Positions 1 through 11,903 of a stretch of DNA of 64,000 nucleotides are shown here, one piece after another. The stretch's first letter is position 1. Each line of letters opens with the position of its first letter. The notes beneath the pieces are model-generated. The model searched no databases and was not told the DNA's origin. It was given only the letters and a program-made list of their open reading frames with translations. Made by a program: the position numbers and the translations under genes. The DNA is from Heteronotia binoei (lineage: Eukaryota): assembly GCF_032191835.1 (NCBI RefSeq), contig NC_083232.1, forward strand, positions 44,702,001-44,766,000, written 5' to 3'.

Positions 1-601
1 AGAAATAGGGGAGGGGAGATGATCAGCAGCATCCTGATGCCATTACATCATTTCCAGCACAACCTGAAAGGGATGCCATCATGTTGGGTGATAGTCCAGC
101 ATTGGCTCCAGACTCTATGGTTAAACCATAATCTTTTGGGGAGAATTCTGGGGCATCACTGGTAACACAGTGATAACACTAGCAAGTCACTGTGGCAAGC
201 CTCCCATATAGAGAGCTCCCAGCAATGCTACGCACGGGCCACACAGCTTGGCTTGCTCCAGTGCTGTTTTAACTTTCCATTCTGCCTTCAGAGTCATGGT
301 AACTAATGACCAAATTGTGTGTGATGCTGTACTGGCAAGTAAGCATATGTTCTGAAAAAGGACTGGTGTGCTGGTGCAGTGTCATGGCACTGCAAGATCA
401 CCATGGCATTACATCAGCAGAACCTCTCAGTTGATGCTATTACGTTGAGCCTTGTATTGTAGGGAAATTGCAGAAATACTGTTTCCATTGAAATTATATA
501 ACATCAAAGAGACTAGCACCAAATTATTCTGACTGTTTTAATTATTGAATGTGTAATTTTATAATATGTATGGATTTTAATTGTTTGTTGTGTTTTTATA
601 C

Positions 602-670
602 TGTGAACCACCCTGAGCCTGCTTCGGCGGGGAGGGCGGAATATAAATCGAATCAAATAAATAAATAAAT
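602..670 (+). mobile_element. L2-type LINE 3' tail
   Basis: tgtgaaccaccctgagcc...gggcggaatataaat(aaat)n; same tail as at 23136-23200. Confidence 0.6.
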
Positions 671-1947
671 AGGCCACAATAACCATTGCCATATATGACC
701 TAATAGAAGCAGCCAACTTTTTAAATATAGGATAGGAATGAGCAGAGAAGACAGGACCTCTGATAACTCATCCATCACACTCAATTAATTTCATCCATCG
801 TAGAACAGCTATCTCAGGACAACTCCGTGTGCCTACTATATTGTAATAAGCAATCATAATAGGATTCTTGCTGATAGGAAGCCTACCGGGGAGGTTTCCC
901 ATTACATGTACTACACCAAACCAATATTTATTGGGATGTCAAGGTGATTTTTATAAATAAATAGTGTTTTGTTGAATACAGAGATATTTAATTATTTATT
1001 TTTAAATGTTTCTGTACTGTCTCTTCACCCAAAATAAAATCCACATTCTATTTCAAATTGTGTTTGCTTTTGTCACAATAAATTTATGTATTTATCTGCT
1101 TCATTCATATCCTGCCCTTTTCCTTTCAGACTTCAGGTGGGTTACAACTAAAAACAAAGCAGTAAGAATATTTTTTTCTAGTTCAGTGAACACACGTAGA
1201 GAACAGTGCACGAAAACACATGATAGTATCGACAATAAAGCAGGCTTACAGTATTGGAGAACAATGCAACAACTTGCAAACATAACTAAATCGATCTCAT
1301 AGCAAATCAATCTTTAAAGCAAAGAAGAGATATTCCTCTTTTTTTAAGGTGGGCTTTTAACACAATTGGTTCCTTCACATGCTGTTTGATTTTGACTTTT
1401 CACCAGCCTAGAGAAGACAAACAGGCACGTATGCAGCCGCCTCTTAGGCAGCTTGTCTCCAGTCAAGCAGGATGAATCTTTTGCAAAGTATAAACAGGTA
1501 AGGGGGCCATTAGAGGAAAACATAATGAAGCCAAATGGCATGAGATGGCCAGGATGAGCTCAAACAGACTAAAAATATGATTCCTCAAAGTGCCCTGTCA
1601 GCAACACCCTCCCCACTTCCAATAGGCATGATCACATGCGTGCTCTCAAGAAACATGTGCTCTCTGAAAAGAAGGAGAATAAAGTAAATGAAAGAAACAA
1701 AAAGTCACACATATTAGAAAATGGTTTATAAAAGTCTGGGATATCCTTGTTTTAGTTAAATTGTCATCACAAATTCTTACAACTGAAAGCCCATTGTATA
1801 AATCTAATTTTGAAGAAAAATGGTTTCCCTTTTTTCAGTATTTAACTTCTCAATGTAATTCATATAGTAAATTACCAAGAGTACATGAATTTAATTTACT
1901 ATTGATTGTCTGATGGTTTCTCTGACATGCTAAACTAAGTATGTATT

Positions 1948-2060
1948 ATTTTGCAATCTTGCTCAATTTTAATTTTGCAATCTTACTTAATTTTGCAATC
2001 TTACAATTTAATTTTGCAATCTTACTTTAATTTTGCAATCTTACTTGAGGTTTAATTTTG
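1948..2060. repeat. Minisatellite, ~5 copies of (tta)attttgcaatcttac
   Basis: Direct tandem repeats with 18-24-bp period. Confidence 0.85.
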
Positions 2061-3049
2061 TATTTTATTTTATTTTTGATTTGCTTTTGAGACTTTAAAA
2101 AAACTGTTTAAATCTAAAAAAGGGGGGGGAGGGGGAAGAAAGTATATATCAGGCCTCGGGGCCAAACAAAACACCAGCCATCACAAGCACATTCCTGTAA
2201 GTTAAGCCCCACTAAATAGACTTGAGTAGGATTCACTGTAGATTTGCGTCTCTGCAAATTTATTTATGACTTTATAAAGTGTATTGAAAAGTGCAATATC
2301 CAACGTGTCACCTAAGTGTGTGGCAAGTTAGGCTGGTAGCCATAAACAATGGCTGCCATCTGTGTGGGCTTCTTCCTTCCTTCTTTTTGTGAAGTGCTGG
2401 TTGTTTCATTCCACCATGGACCTCATTCTCCAAGATCGGTAACAATAGTCGGCTTGTATGTTCTCCGTGCACTTTGTGTGTATGTTCATACTTTTTATTA
2501 TTTTTCAATTAAACATCTTTCTGGTTGAACTTCAGCCTGGTTTTATTTCAAGAGTTATCAAAGAGAAAATTCTGGTATTCCCAACTGAAGATCCCAATTA
2601 CTTACCTCTTGCTAAGCTAATTTCCCCCAATTAATTAATATACAACCAATTTGGGTAACGATAACATTATCAGCCTCATTCTGAGCAGCATTTTGAGTAA
2701 GCCCATTGACTTCAATGGACTTTGAAGGGTGCAGCTCTGCTTAGGTATGTCTTTTACAGTGCAATCCTATGAAAGTGAAATCAACACGCTTAGATTGGGG
2801 TAATTTTGTATAAGAGTGCACTGTTAATGTGTTTTTTGGTTCATTATCTTCAGTACACAGAATTTAATGACATCAGAATGTAATGATCTTCCATTAGTTG
2901 CACTATGTCAGTGTAATACATGTCCAAGTGTTGGTTAGATTAGGTGAAGCACTACCAGAATTCATTTCTGACCTATGATGGTTCTCTACTCATCTGTTCT
3001 AAAATTACAGACGTTCTTAACCTATGGGTCTTAACCTAATACATTCAAG

Positions 3050-3167
3050 CAGGGCTTTTTTTTAGAGAAAGCCCAGCAGGAACTCATTTGCATATTAGGC
3101 CACACCCCATGACACCAAGCCAGCCAGAACTGTGTTCCTGTGCATTCCTGCTCAAAAAAAGACCCTG
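3050..3167 (+). mobile_element. hAT MITE, CAGGGCTTTT TIR family
   Basis: TIRs CAGGG / CCCTG; perfect 8-bp TSD CATTCAAG. Confidence 0.9.
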
Positions 3168-3878
3168 CATTCAAGTCCTTTTGAGATGTTCCAACAAAGG
3201 GGTAGAGAGGGAGGGCAGGATTATCCCCCTTACTGCCTTCCTCAAGTTATGAGTGTAAGGCTTCTCAGTGACTGAAAACCAAATCATGGATGCAGCTATA
3301 GATGTGTAGGCTCAATAGATACTCTGTATTGAATGTGCAGAGATCAGAGCAGAACTTTCTGCTGCAATCTCATTTCCTTGCCCCCTATCTTGTCCAAGTG
3401 ACAGATTAAGAAAGGTTCATTACCAGTAATGAAATATATTTCATTGGTCTAATAGATATTAGGGTGAGATATAGGTGTAAATTAGTTGCACTATGGACAA
3501 CTGTGGACTTGCTGAGAGTTTTAGATGCAAATGAGTCACATTTAACTTTCCTACATTACAGCCTTGTTGTGAGAACACTAGGAGAGTTTAAAGAATTTTA
3601 AGTTGCTTTCCTGGTCCTACTCTCTGTTGTTCAGTAGTGAAAGCTTGTTTCTTTCCTCTATTAATTGGCCATGTCAGTTTAGATGCAACAGCACTGAATC
3701 TAAACACTGACTCTGCCATGGTGATTTGTTTTTCTAATAAAATAACTTTAAAGGCTATTAAATGTAACAAACATCCATATTTTGGTTTTACATCTCATTT
3801 GTTTTGATGGAACAGATTCCCAAGAGACATTTTGTTTTTTTACCACAGAACAACAGAGAATAGGAGCAGCATAACAAC

Positions 3879-5049
3879 CAGGGCCGTAACTAGTGGTGGG
3901 GCACAGAGGGTGACACCTCCTTTCAAATGAGGGGCACCCCTACCCCACCCTTTTTACTTTAATTTTTAAACACATTGTTCTCCTTCTCTGCAGAACAGAA
4001 AAAAAACCCCATGCATGCCTCCTGTGCTCTCTTGCTGGCAGGTCGCTTCCTGCTAGGGTTGCCAAGTCCAATTCAAGAAATATCTGGGGACTTTGGGGGT
4101 GGAGCCAGGAGACATTAGGAGTGGAGCCAATATCAAGGTTGTGACAAGCATAATTGAACTCCAAGGGAGTTCTGGCCATCACATTTAAAGGGACGGCACA
4201 CCTTTTCAATTCCTTCCTTCCATAGGAAATAATGAAGGATAGAGGCACCTTCTTTTGGGGCTCATAGAATTGGACCCCCTGGTCCAATCCTTTTGAAACT
4301 TGGGAGATATTTTGGGGAGAGACACTAGATGCTATACTGAAAATTTGGTGCCTCTACCTCAAAAAACAGCCCCCCCCCAGAGATCCAGATACCTGCAGAT
4401 CAATTCTCCATGATTTTCTATGGGAATAAATCTCCATAGGGAATAATAGAGTCCCCAGCAGACATTTCCCTCCCCCCCCCTGCTTTCTGATGACCCTGAA
4501 ACGGGGGGGAGGGCCTCCAAACCGGGGGATCCCCTGCCCCCCTCTGGGGATTGGCAACCCTACTTCCTGCAGAGGATTTCTCGAGCTCCAGTTCCAACTG
4601 CCCCTCTCTCTGCCCAGGATTCTTCAAGAGTGTGCTGGAGCATCTCACTTTCGCTTTCCCCAAGCGGGCTGCAGCTCCCCCTGAGAGGAACCCTGAGGAC
4701 GAGGGTTCCTTCTCTATGGCTCCCACCTCCTTCTCACTCACCAGCCCACAGGAGGAGGTGGTGATGGAGGGGAAGGAAGCTTTGGGCCTTGCTGGGAAGG
4801 GAGAGGGAAGGACTAATGGAGAGCTTTAGCTGCATGGGCCAGCCAGCTGCTGGAGGGGGTGGCAACTGGGCAGATTCTGGCAGGGCTGTGCATCTGTGCA
4901 CTTGGCTTCTCTCTGCCCCTTGTGCTGCCTGAGGGGAAGCAAAAGCACGCACACACAGCTAAAATCATTAAGTTTAATTTAATTTAATTAGAGGCACCCT
5001 CTGGTACCCCAGTGCCCCCCCCTGGAAAAAATTCTTGGATATGGCCCTG
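3879..5049. mobile_element. Non-autonomous hAT (CAGGGCC TIR)
   Basis: CAGGGCCGTA...TATGGCCCTG; 8-bp TSD ATAACAAC / ATAGCAAC. Confidence 0.8.
4054..4562. mobile_element. hAT MITE, TAGGGTTGCCA family (long type)
   Basis: TIRs plus perfect TSD CTTCCTGC. Confidence 0.92.
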
Positions 5050-6038
5050 ATAGCAACTTAAAATCCTTTAAACTCTCTTAACCCAGTGTTCGTCAAGAAG
5101 GCTGTAATGTAAGATAGTTAACTTGTTATCTGTTTGCTGTGAAAAAAATGAAGGTAGTTTTAGAGTGGCTGTGGTGAAGGTGGGGTTGAGAAAAGAGGGA
5201 GGCAGTGTCTATCCAAGAGAGCTTCTAGTGTTCCCATCAGCACCTACAATTTATTTTGTCTTCAGCTACTTGAATTATTTTGTAACATGAAAAACAGCCA
5301 GGCAGCTAGCAGAAACATGACAACGGTTTCTGTTTCAAAGATAGGTGGTTCAAAGAGAAACCTAATTAAGGAAGAAAATATGAAAAGGAAGTAAAGCCTA
5401 AATTGCTGCTGGGTTCATATATAGAGCATCAGAAGAGGGTAAAGGAGAAATATCAAGTTTAAATAATGAGACATCAAAATTCAAAGTCTTTTTGTATGAG
5501 CATTTTGGTCTCTGGCAGATGTAGTTCTCAGACAGCTCATGCTGACTTCTGGTTGGGCCAGTACGTGGGATTGAGCAGACCTTTCTTTTAGTGCCACTGT
5601 AAATATCTGATTTTTTTAAAGCCATGTCAAGGAACAGCTGGAAATCAGCTGACTGAAAACTTGACCACCACAAGCTACGGCAGTTGTATAAAGGTGAAGT
5701 TCTCAGTGGTGACCCTTTTAGCTCTGGGAGCTCTTTCAGCCACATCTACCTTGCTGAATTGTTATATGGATTGCATACCCCCAAAAGTTCTGCAAAGAAA
5801 TACTAATTTTTCCTTCATTTTTCTCCATTCTGCATTTTCCCTCAAAGGTTTATCTGCTCTGTTATCTTCCCATTTTCCTGACAGCTCTCCCATTCTGTTT
5901 TCCATTAAATTTCAAAATATTGGTTTCAGGTAAAGTTACAAACAAGCCAATGACCGGTTTTCTTGATTTCTATTTCTGCCCTCTTTTGTCCTTGCAATTA
6001 AATATTATGAGGAAGTAATTCTGATCTAAGAACAATAG

Positions 6039-7337
6039 GTTTTTTTATTTAAACCAATTTATTGTAATATATTGTAATAACATATCTTCATTTGTCATTA
6101 AATATTAGTACACATATATAACATTTTCTCTACCCCACCCTCCCTTTTGTGACCCCCAACAGTGCATGCCCCCTCATCAAACATCGTATTATTATTTAAT
6201 CTAATTTGTTATAAGGTAATAAGGTAATAAACTTTGTCTATTAGAAAACCTTTCTTCGAACAACTCAAAAATTATAATCCATCTTCATGATATTTCTTCT
6301 TAGTCGTTAGGAATAAGAAAAAAAGTTATAATCCAATAATCATGTCTTTTAAACTGTAATCCATACGTCGTTTCTTTAAAAATTATCATTGTCAAAGATC
6401 ACCAAATGTCCTTTAACATTCCATTGTTTTTCAGATCACCAAATGTCCTTTAACATTCCATTGTTTTTCAATGTATTTTTGAAATTTTCCCCAATCGTTT
6501 TTAAATTGCTCTAAATCATGTTCTTTTAAGATTCTTGTAAGTTTGTCCATTTCACTCCAATGCATAACTTTCAGAGTCCAATCCCATACTTCTGGTATTT
6601 TGTCTTGTTTCCACATTTGCGCATATAATGTCCGTGTAGCTGAAAGCATATACCAAATTATTGTTCTATCTTGCTTTTGAAATTTTTCCATTTGTGATCC
6701 CATCAGGAAGATATCTGGTGCTTTCTTAATATTATATCCCAAAACTTTTGAGATCTCCTGCTGAATCATTTGCCAGAGTTGCTTCGCCTTTTCACAAGTC
6801 CACCACATATGGTAAAAAGATCCTTCATGACATTTACATTTCCAGCATCTATCCGACAACTGATTGTTCATTTTTGCCAGTTTCTTAGGTGTCATGTACC
6901 ATCTGTATAACATTTTGAAGCAATTTTCTTTAATGTAGAAATTTTCATAGAGTTCTTCCATAGGTGTTCCCACGACTCCATCTGTATTTCCTTATTTATA
7001 TTTATCGCCCATTTTATCATTTGTGATTTAACTATGGTTAAATCACATAAACCATTTCAATAATAGTTTATATGTCCTTGAAATCAGCTTTTCCCTTTCT
7101 CCAAACAGCATTCTCTCCAGTTCTCTTTGTTCTTGTCTTATTCCAGAGTTCTTAATATCCTGTTCAAGTAAGCTCTTTATTTGTTGCAATTGAAACCAAT
7201 TATATTTATATTGTATTTCTTCAGCTGTTTTTAATTCCACCTTTTTTCCTTGGATCTTCAAAAGTTGTTTATATGTTAGCCACTTCTCTTCTTTAATATC
7301 TGAATACAATTTTATTACTTCTGTTGGTACGATCCAA
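6039..7337 (-). mobile_element. 5'-truncated L1 LINE (ORF2 C-terminus and 3' UTR)
   Basis: ORF 6431-6973 has the L1 cysteine-rich motif CWKCKCHEGSFYHMWWTC; poly-T at left end; 16-bp TSD GATCTAAGAACAATAG (6023-6038, 7338-7353). Confidence 0.9.
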
Positions 7338-7589
7338 GATCTAAGAACAATAGTGAAACTGTTCTATGGTGTTTTCTGGGCCAAGTAGGTTGAACAAGGA
7401 ACCAAGTGTGTTGAAGGAGGTGGGGAATCATCCCTGACAACAGAACTACAGTGAGGTATCAGAACAGGGGCTACAGTCCTAACAACCACTTCCCTGGGAG
7501 TAAGCCTTGTGGAATAAAATTGGACTGACTTCTGAGTAGACCTAATTAGGATTGCTCCCTGCATAAGCCTTGAACCAAGGGGGAACAGG

Positions 7590-7823
7590 GGCAGGGGGTG
7601 GGGTAGGAACTCTCCCAGAATTACAGCTGATTGCCAGGCTACATAAATAGTTTAAAAAATTATTTAGAACATTTATTCCAGTTCTCTTGGAGACAGTGGC
7701 TGCTTTGGAAGGTGGATTGCTTGGCATTATACCCTGCTATAGTTCCTCCCCTCCCTAAACCAGACTCTCCCAGGCTTCACCCTCAAATCTCAAGGTATTT
7801 CCAAATTCAGAATTGGCAACTCT
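7590..7823. mobile_element. Degenerate short-type TAGGGTTGCCA MITE
   Basis: Similar to copies at 28412 and 59948; right TIR TTGGCAACTCTA. Confidence 0.6.
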
Positions 7824-8529
7824 AGTGGGATGTAAATGTTTAAATAATAAATTCAGGTAGATCGAATCATCATAGCCAGCTTTCCTTGCCACCAGTATTT
7901 CTAGATGGAACTTGACAAAACTAAATGGAGAAGCTGTGATGTAACTAATGGAAAAGGTCACTTAAGTGTGATAAGGGTGATACTGATCTTAAGCAATTGA
8001 CCCTGAGCCAAAAGGAGTCATATCTGTGAAGAACTAGGAAGGTCAAAGGGGTGGGGTTTTGGAATATCTAACACTTTTTAGGGGGAAACCCAGCACTACT
8101 GATTTTGTTTTTCAACCAGAGTAATACCAATTCCAAACTCAAACACTGATAATGAAAGTTGTTGTCAGACAGGAAATCTCCCCCCCCCCCCCCACTGTTT
8201 GTTCCAAATGGGGCAGTGCATTTACTAAACCCACACTAGCTGGCTAGCAGCATACTGCAATGCAGGAGGAATTTATTACTGCATATTTGCATCTAAAGCA
8301 TCTGATTTCAGCTTGTTGTTCTTTAGCAAACTTCCTTTTAAGTAGTGACTGACCTGAGCCCTGGAGTTTCAGAGTGGAGAAAGCTGCCAGCTTTGCATGA
8401 CATTTTCATCTGTAAGAAACTATAAATCACCTCTTTTGACAGAATGGATTACTCTTCTTATCTGCTATCTTACCCCTGTTAGCCCAGACGCCCTGTTTGA
8501 CTACTGTGTTATAGGCTATTTAAACATAT

Positions 8530-8700
8530 CTTGTTGCTTTCCATATTCATATTCATATCATATATATAGAATCAGGTAGGTAGCCATGTTGGTCTGAAGC
8601 AGCAGAACAAAGTTTGAGCCCAGTGGCACCTTTAAGATCAACGGTTTTATTCATGGTATGAGTTTTCATGTGCAAGCACTTCTGACGAAACTCATAGCAT
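8530..8700. mobile_element. Penelope-like-element-derived remnant
   Basis: gtggcacctttaagatcaac...ggtatgagttttc...cgaaactcata resembles squamate PLE terminal repeats (from memory); related fragments at ~20281-20365 and ~30960-31145. Confidence 0.45.
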
Positions 8701-10983
8701 GTCTAGTAAATTTATACTTTCTTCCTGCCTGCTCCCTACAACATAAGGGCATTCATGTGAAAGTTCTCAGCCAGTGAGGATGCCACAGATAGCTGGCCAG
8801 AACATGACACTGGGTTGACGTAAGGGATGTCCCTTAGGTTGCTTTCAAATTACACCAGCTGCCACCTGTGCAAATCAAGGCAGCATTTTAGTGTAGAATA
8901 AATTGACCCTGTGTATGGTTTGAAAGAATCAAATATATCTATACACCTATAATATAAATCCAATATCTTCTATGTTTGAAATATAGCTCTGTACAGTAAA
9001 TTGGTTTAAAGTCAGTGGGTCTTCCAGTGTGGCTATCTATTGCCCAACCTGACCCCAGCATTAATTTCCAGTTTCCACCTTCAAAATTCAAAGGTTACAA
9101 AAGAAGTGTTCTGCTTGTCATCCTGGCCAATTTTACTGACTTTATGAGGGGATGCTGAGCAACACCTTTCTTTGGATTGAGTTATGGATCATACACAGAG
9201 ATCAATTTGTTAAATATGCAGAACTTAGACCATTTTTGGCCTTAAAATTTATTAAAAGTACCAGCTTTTATGCAGTCTTTAGCATTGTTTTTCCTTGTTT
9301 GGATTACATTCTCATATCTAACAGAACAGGCATTTTCCAGAAATGTATTTTTGAATGTAAGAACAAGATAATTTCATGTCAGCCTATCTCTTTATTTACT
9401 TATATTCTAGCTATAACCTTGTGCCTATTTCTCCCACACCACCATGAAACACATCTAGAGCTACCCATCAGCTTGTTGCTCGACATGATCAGTAGAGTCA
9501 AGGAGATAAGGCAATGAGCAATGCACCATGTTATTATCTGGTTTCCATCCATGCAAGCTGTGACCAGTTGTGTTATATATAGAAATAATTAGACTCTAGA
9601 TTACTTCAGTCAAAGGACAGAAAGACACAGATGTCATCTCATATCACTGAAAGACAGAAAGACACAGAAAGGACAGAAAGACACAGATGTCATCTCATAT
9701 CACTGAAAACTATTCAGTGAAAAAAAGGACAGACATTTTCTTTTCCAGGGAAGAAACTTTTCACCTCAAAAGAATTTATAACATGGAAAAAAGGAACAGT
9801 GAAGTTAAGGACTGATCCTCACTCTTTGATATAAATAAGTCTACCAAATATAATACATCATGTCAGTTTGTTGCAACAGGTAGCTATTAATTTGAATGTG
9901 TCCTCAAGGAAGCTGTGTTTACACAATGTTACCCAAGGTTACTACCTCCTCTATGGTTGTTCTCACATACATTGTGTGAAATAGTGTGGGGACAAACATA
10001 GAAGCAGAAACAGTCATTGTCAAAAGATAGTTCTTAAAGGGTGGCAGGCTGATCAAGAACAAGACCACATAATGCTGGATTGTGAGTCCTTACAGTCCCA
10101 GGGTAATGTGCTACCACCAATCGCCTTTACTAACACACCAGCCAGAGACCAAGGGACTAAGTGTTCAGCCTCCAGAGTCTAAATCAAGAAATCAGCCCTG
10201 CAGAGTGGGATGCTTGCAAGCTGAGTTCCAAGAAACAATGATTGTGGGAGCTGTAGCCAAAAAGGCAAAAATATTGAAGCCAACAAACTCAAGAACACCA
10301 TAAAATGTAACTAATAAGGCATTAAAGGAATGTGCAGAGATATACAATATGAGAGCAGTGAATAGCAGATAACAGATAAATATCTAACCTAAGAAATTTG
10401 CAGTAATATCTAATCCAGATATTACTTGACCAGACTGAGTCTAAACAAGAGTTTCAAAGTCCAAGGAGGGTGTCCCAGGTGACAATGCCCACTTGGCCCA
10501 GAATCAAGAGGTGACAGATGTAATCCAGATAAAGGGTAGAAACTAGAGTGAAAGATCTTCCTCTGTGCCAAACAACCCACGCTGGCATGGTTCTAGTTGA
10601 CCAGTAAAAAGTGTAAAGTGAATGACCTCAGACAATTAGACATATTGCAGCAGGAGGCCATGTACTCTGCATGTGTACATAGCTCAATTAAACAAGCCAC
10701 CTTCCCCTGAATGACACAAGGGAGCAATTATGCCTCTCATAAAGCTGTGCAAAATTGGTCACTGGGAGCCACCCGTGAAAGGGCATAACTTTAAACAGCT
10801 GTATGGAGATTAAAACCGATTTGACTAAATGAAAGCAGGGCATTAGCCACTAGATCAAGATGCTGCTTGATGATTGGATGTTGGTTTACAACATTTAGCC
10901 TTTGCAGGGCATGTCCCTTAATCTCTGAGGAAAATACTGAGGTTTGCTTATTTGCTTATTCTAGGCTCAAAGAGAAATCCAAT

Positions 10984-11662
10984 TGTCGCACCCCTGTCAC
11001 TGCCTAGGGGGTCCCCGGGCAGCCAGCCCTCCTGGTGGACCTTTGTAGCCAGCTGTGGAGGTCTCAGAATTGGGTAGGGCGGGGTTGTGTCACCCGGCCT
11101 CCTATCCCTGGTGGTGTTTAGGGCTCCTTTCGTCTTTCTGAACAGGCAGCCCTTCTCTCACAACCACCATACTCCACCAGACTCCTCCCAGCATGACTGC
11201 CTTTTATTCCCCTGCTTGCTCCACCCCTTCCTCCCTGCTTCCCCCCCCCCCTGGGCTGGCCCCACCCTTCTTCATAAGCCCTGATGCCAATCCCTGGTGT
11301 CCTGGGGCAATTCCTCCTTCTGGCTCTCATGCTGGCCCTCTGGTGGGCTGTGTTGTGGGGCGGGGTGGCACCAGCCGCTGCGGTTTGAGGCAGGCCTCGT
11401 TGACTCACCCTGGGAGCCAGCCAGGTTTTCCCATGTCAGGCGGTCGTGGGGTCTGGCGTGGCTGCCACCTGGCCCTCCGGGCTCTTTGGGCCATGTTGCA
11501 GTGAGTGGGGGTGTAGCGGGTGGCCCTGGCACCCTCCGTGAGGTCCCTTCACAGGCAGGGCTCGGCTGGGGGGTCGACCATGGGGGGAGTGCCCTCGGCT
11601 GGGGGGGCAGCTGTGGGGGGGGGGGCTGGCCCCTTCCCCCGGCCAAGTCCTGAGGTGGGACA
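10984..11662 (-). mobile_element. Solo LTR (679 bp)
   Basis: TG...CA termini; terminal inverted repeats TGTCGCACC / GGTGGGACA; perfect 5-bp TSD CCAAT (10979-10983, 11663-11667); AATAAA on the minus strand near 11205. Confidence 0.8.
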
Positions 11663-11671
11663 CCAATAAAT

Positions 11672-11903
11672 AGGAGAAGAGTTGGTTTTATAGGCCACCT
11701 TTAACTACCCAAAGGAGTCTCAGAGGACCTTACAATTGCCTTCCCTTCCTCTCCCCACAGTAGCCACCCTGAGAGGGAGGTGGGGCTGAGAGAGCTCTGA
11801 GAGAGCTGTGACTGACGCAAGGTCACTTAGCTGGCTTTATGTGGAAGAATGGGGAATCAAACTTTGTTCACCAGATTATAACCACTACACCAAGCTGGCT
11901 CTC
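11672..11903 (-). mobile_element. tRNA-derived SINE with L2-type tail (Squam3/MIR-like)
   Basis: Reverse complement of the family seen at 57868-58135. Confidence 0.75.

Larger units (their letters stand above)
3546..5117. mobile_element. TTAA-flanked MITE with ~85-bp imperfect TIRs (outermost layer of a nest)
   Basis: 3546-3631 is inverted-complementary to 3848-3878 + 5058-5117; TTAA at 3542-3545 and 5118-5121. Confidence 0.65.

Noticed and set aside
3940-4287. Recurring peptide MDQGVQFYEP..., also at 23982, 52728 and 56024, as a gene family
   Set aside because: These are translations of the same non-coding MITE; frames are not conserved between copies and there are no transposase motifs.
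5398-5933. ORFs 5398-5745 and 5661-5933 as a gene or L1 ORF1 remnant
   Set aside because: Only faint ORF1-like words on the minus strand (AERA.R, LVVVKF) among many stops; too weak to call.
11087-11666. Cluster of Pro/Gly-rich ORFs
   Set aside because: They lie inside the GC-rich solo LTR; compositional artefact.
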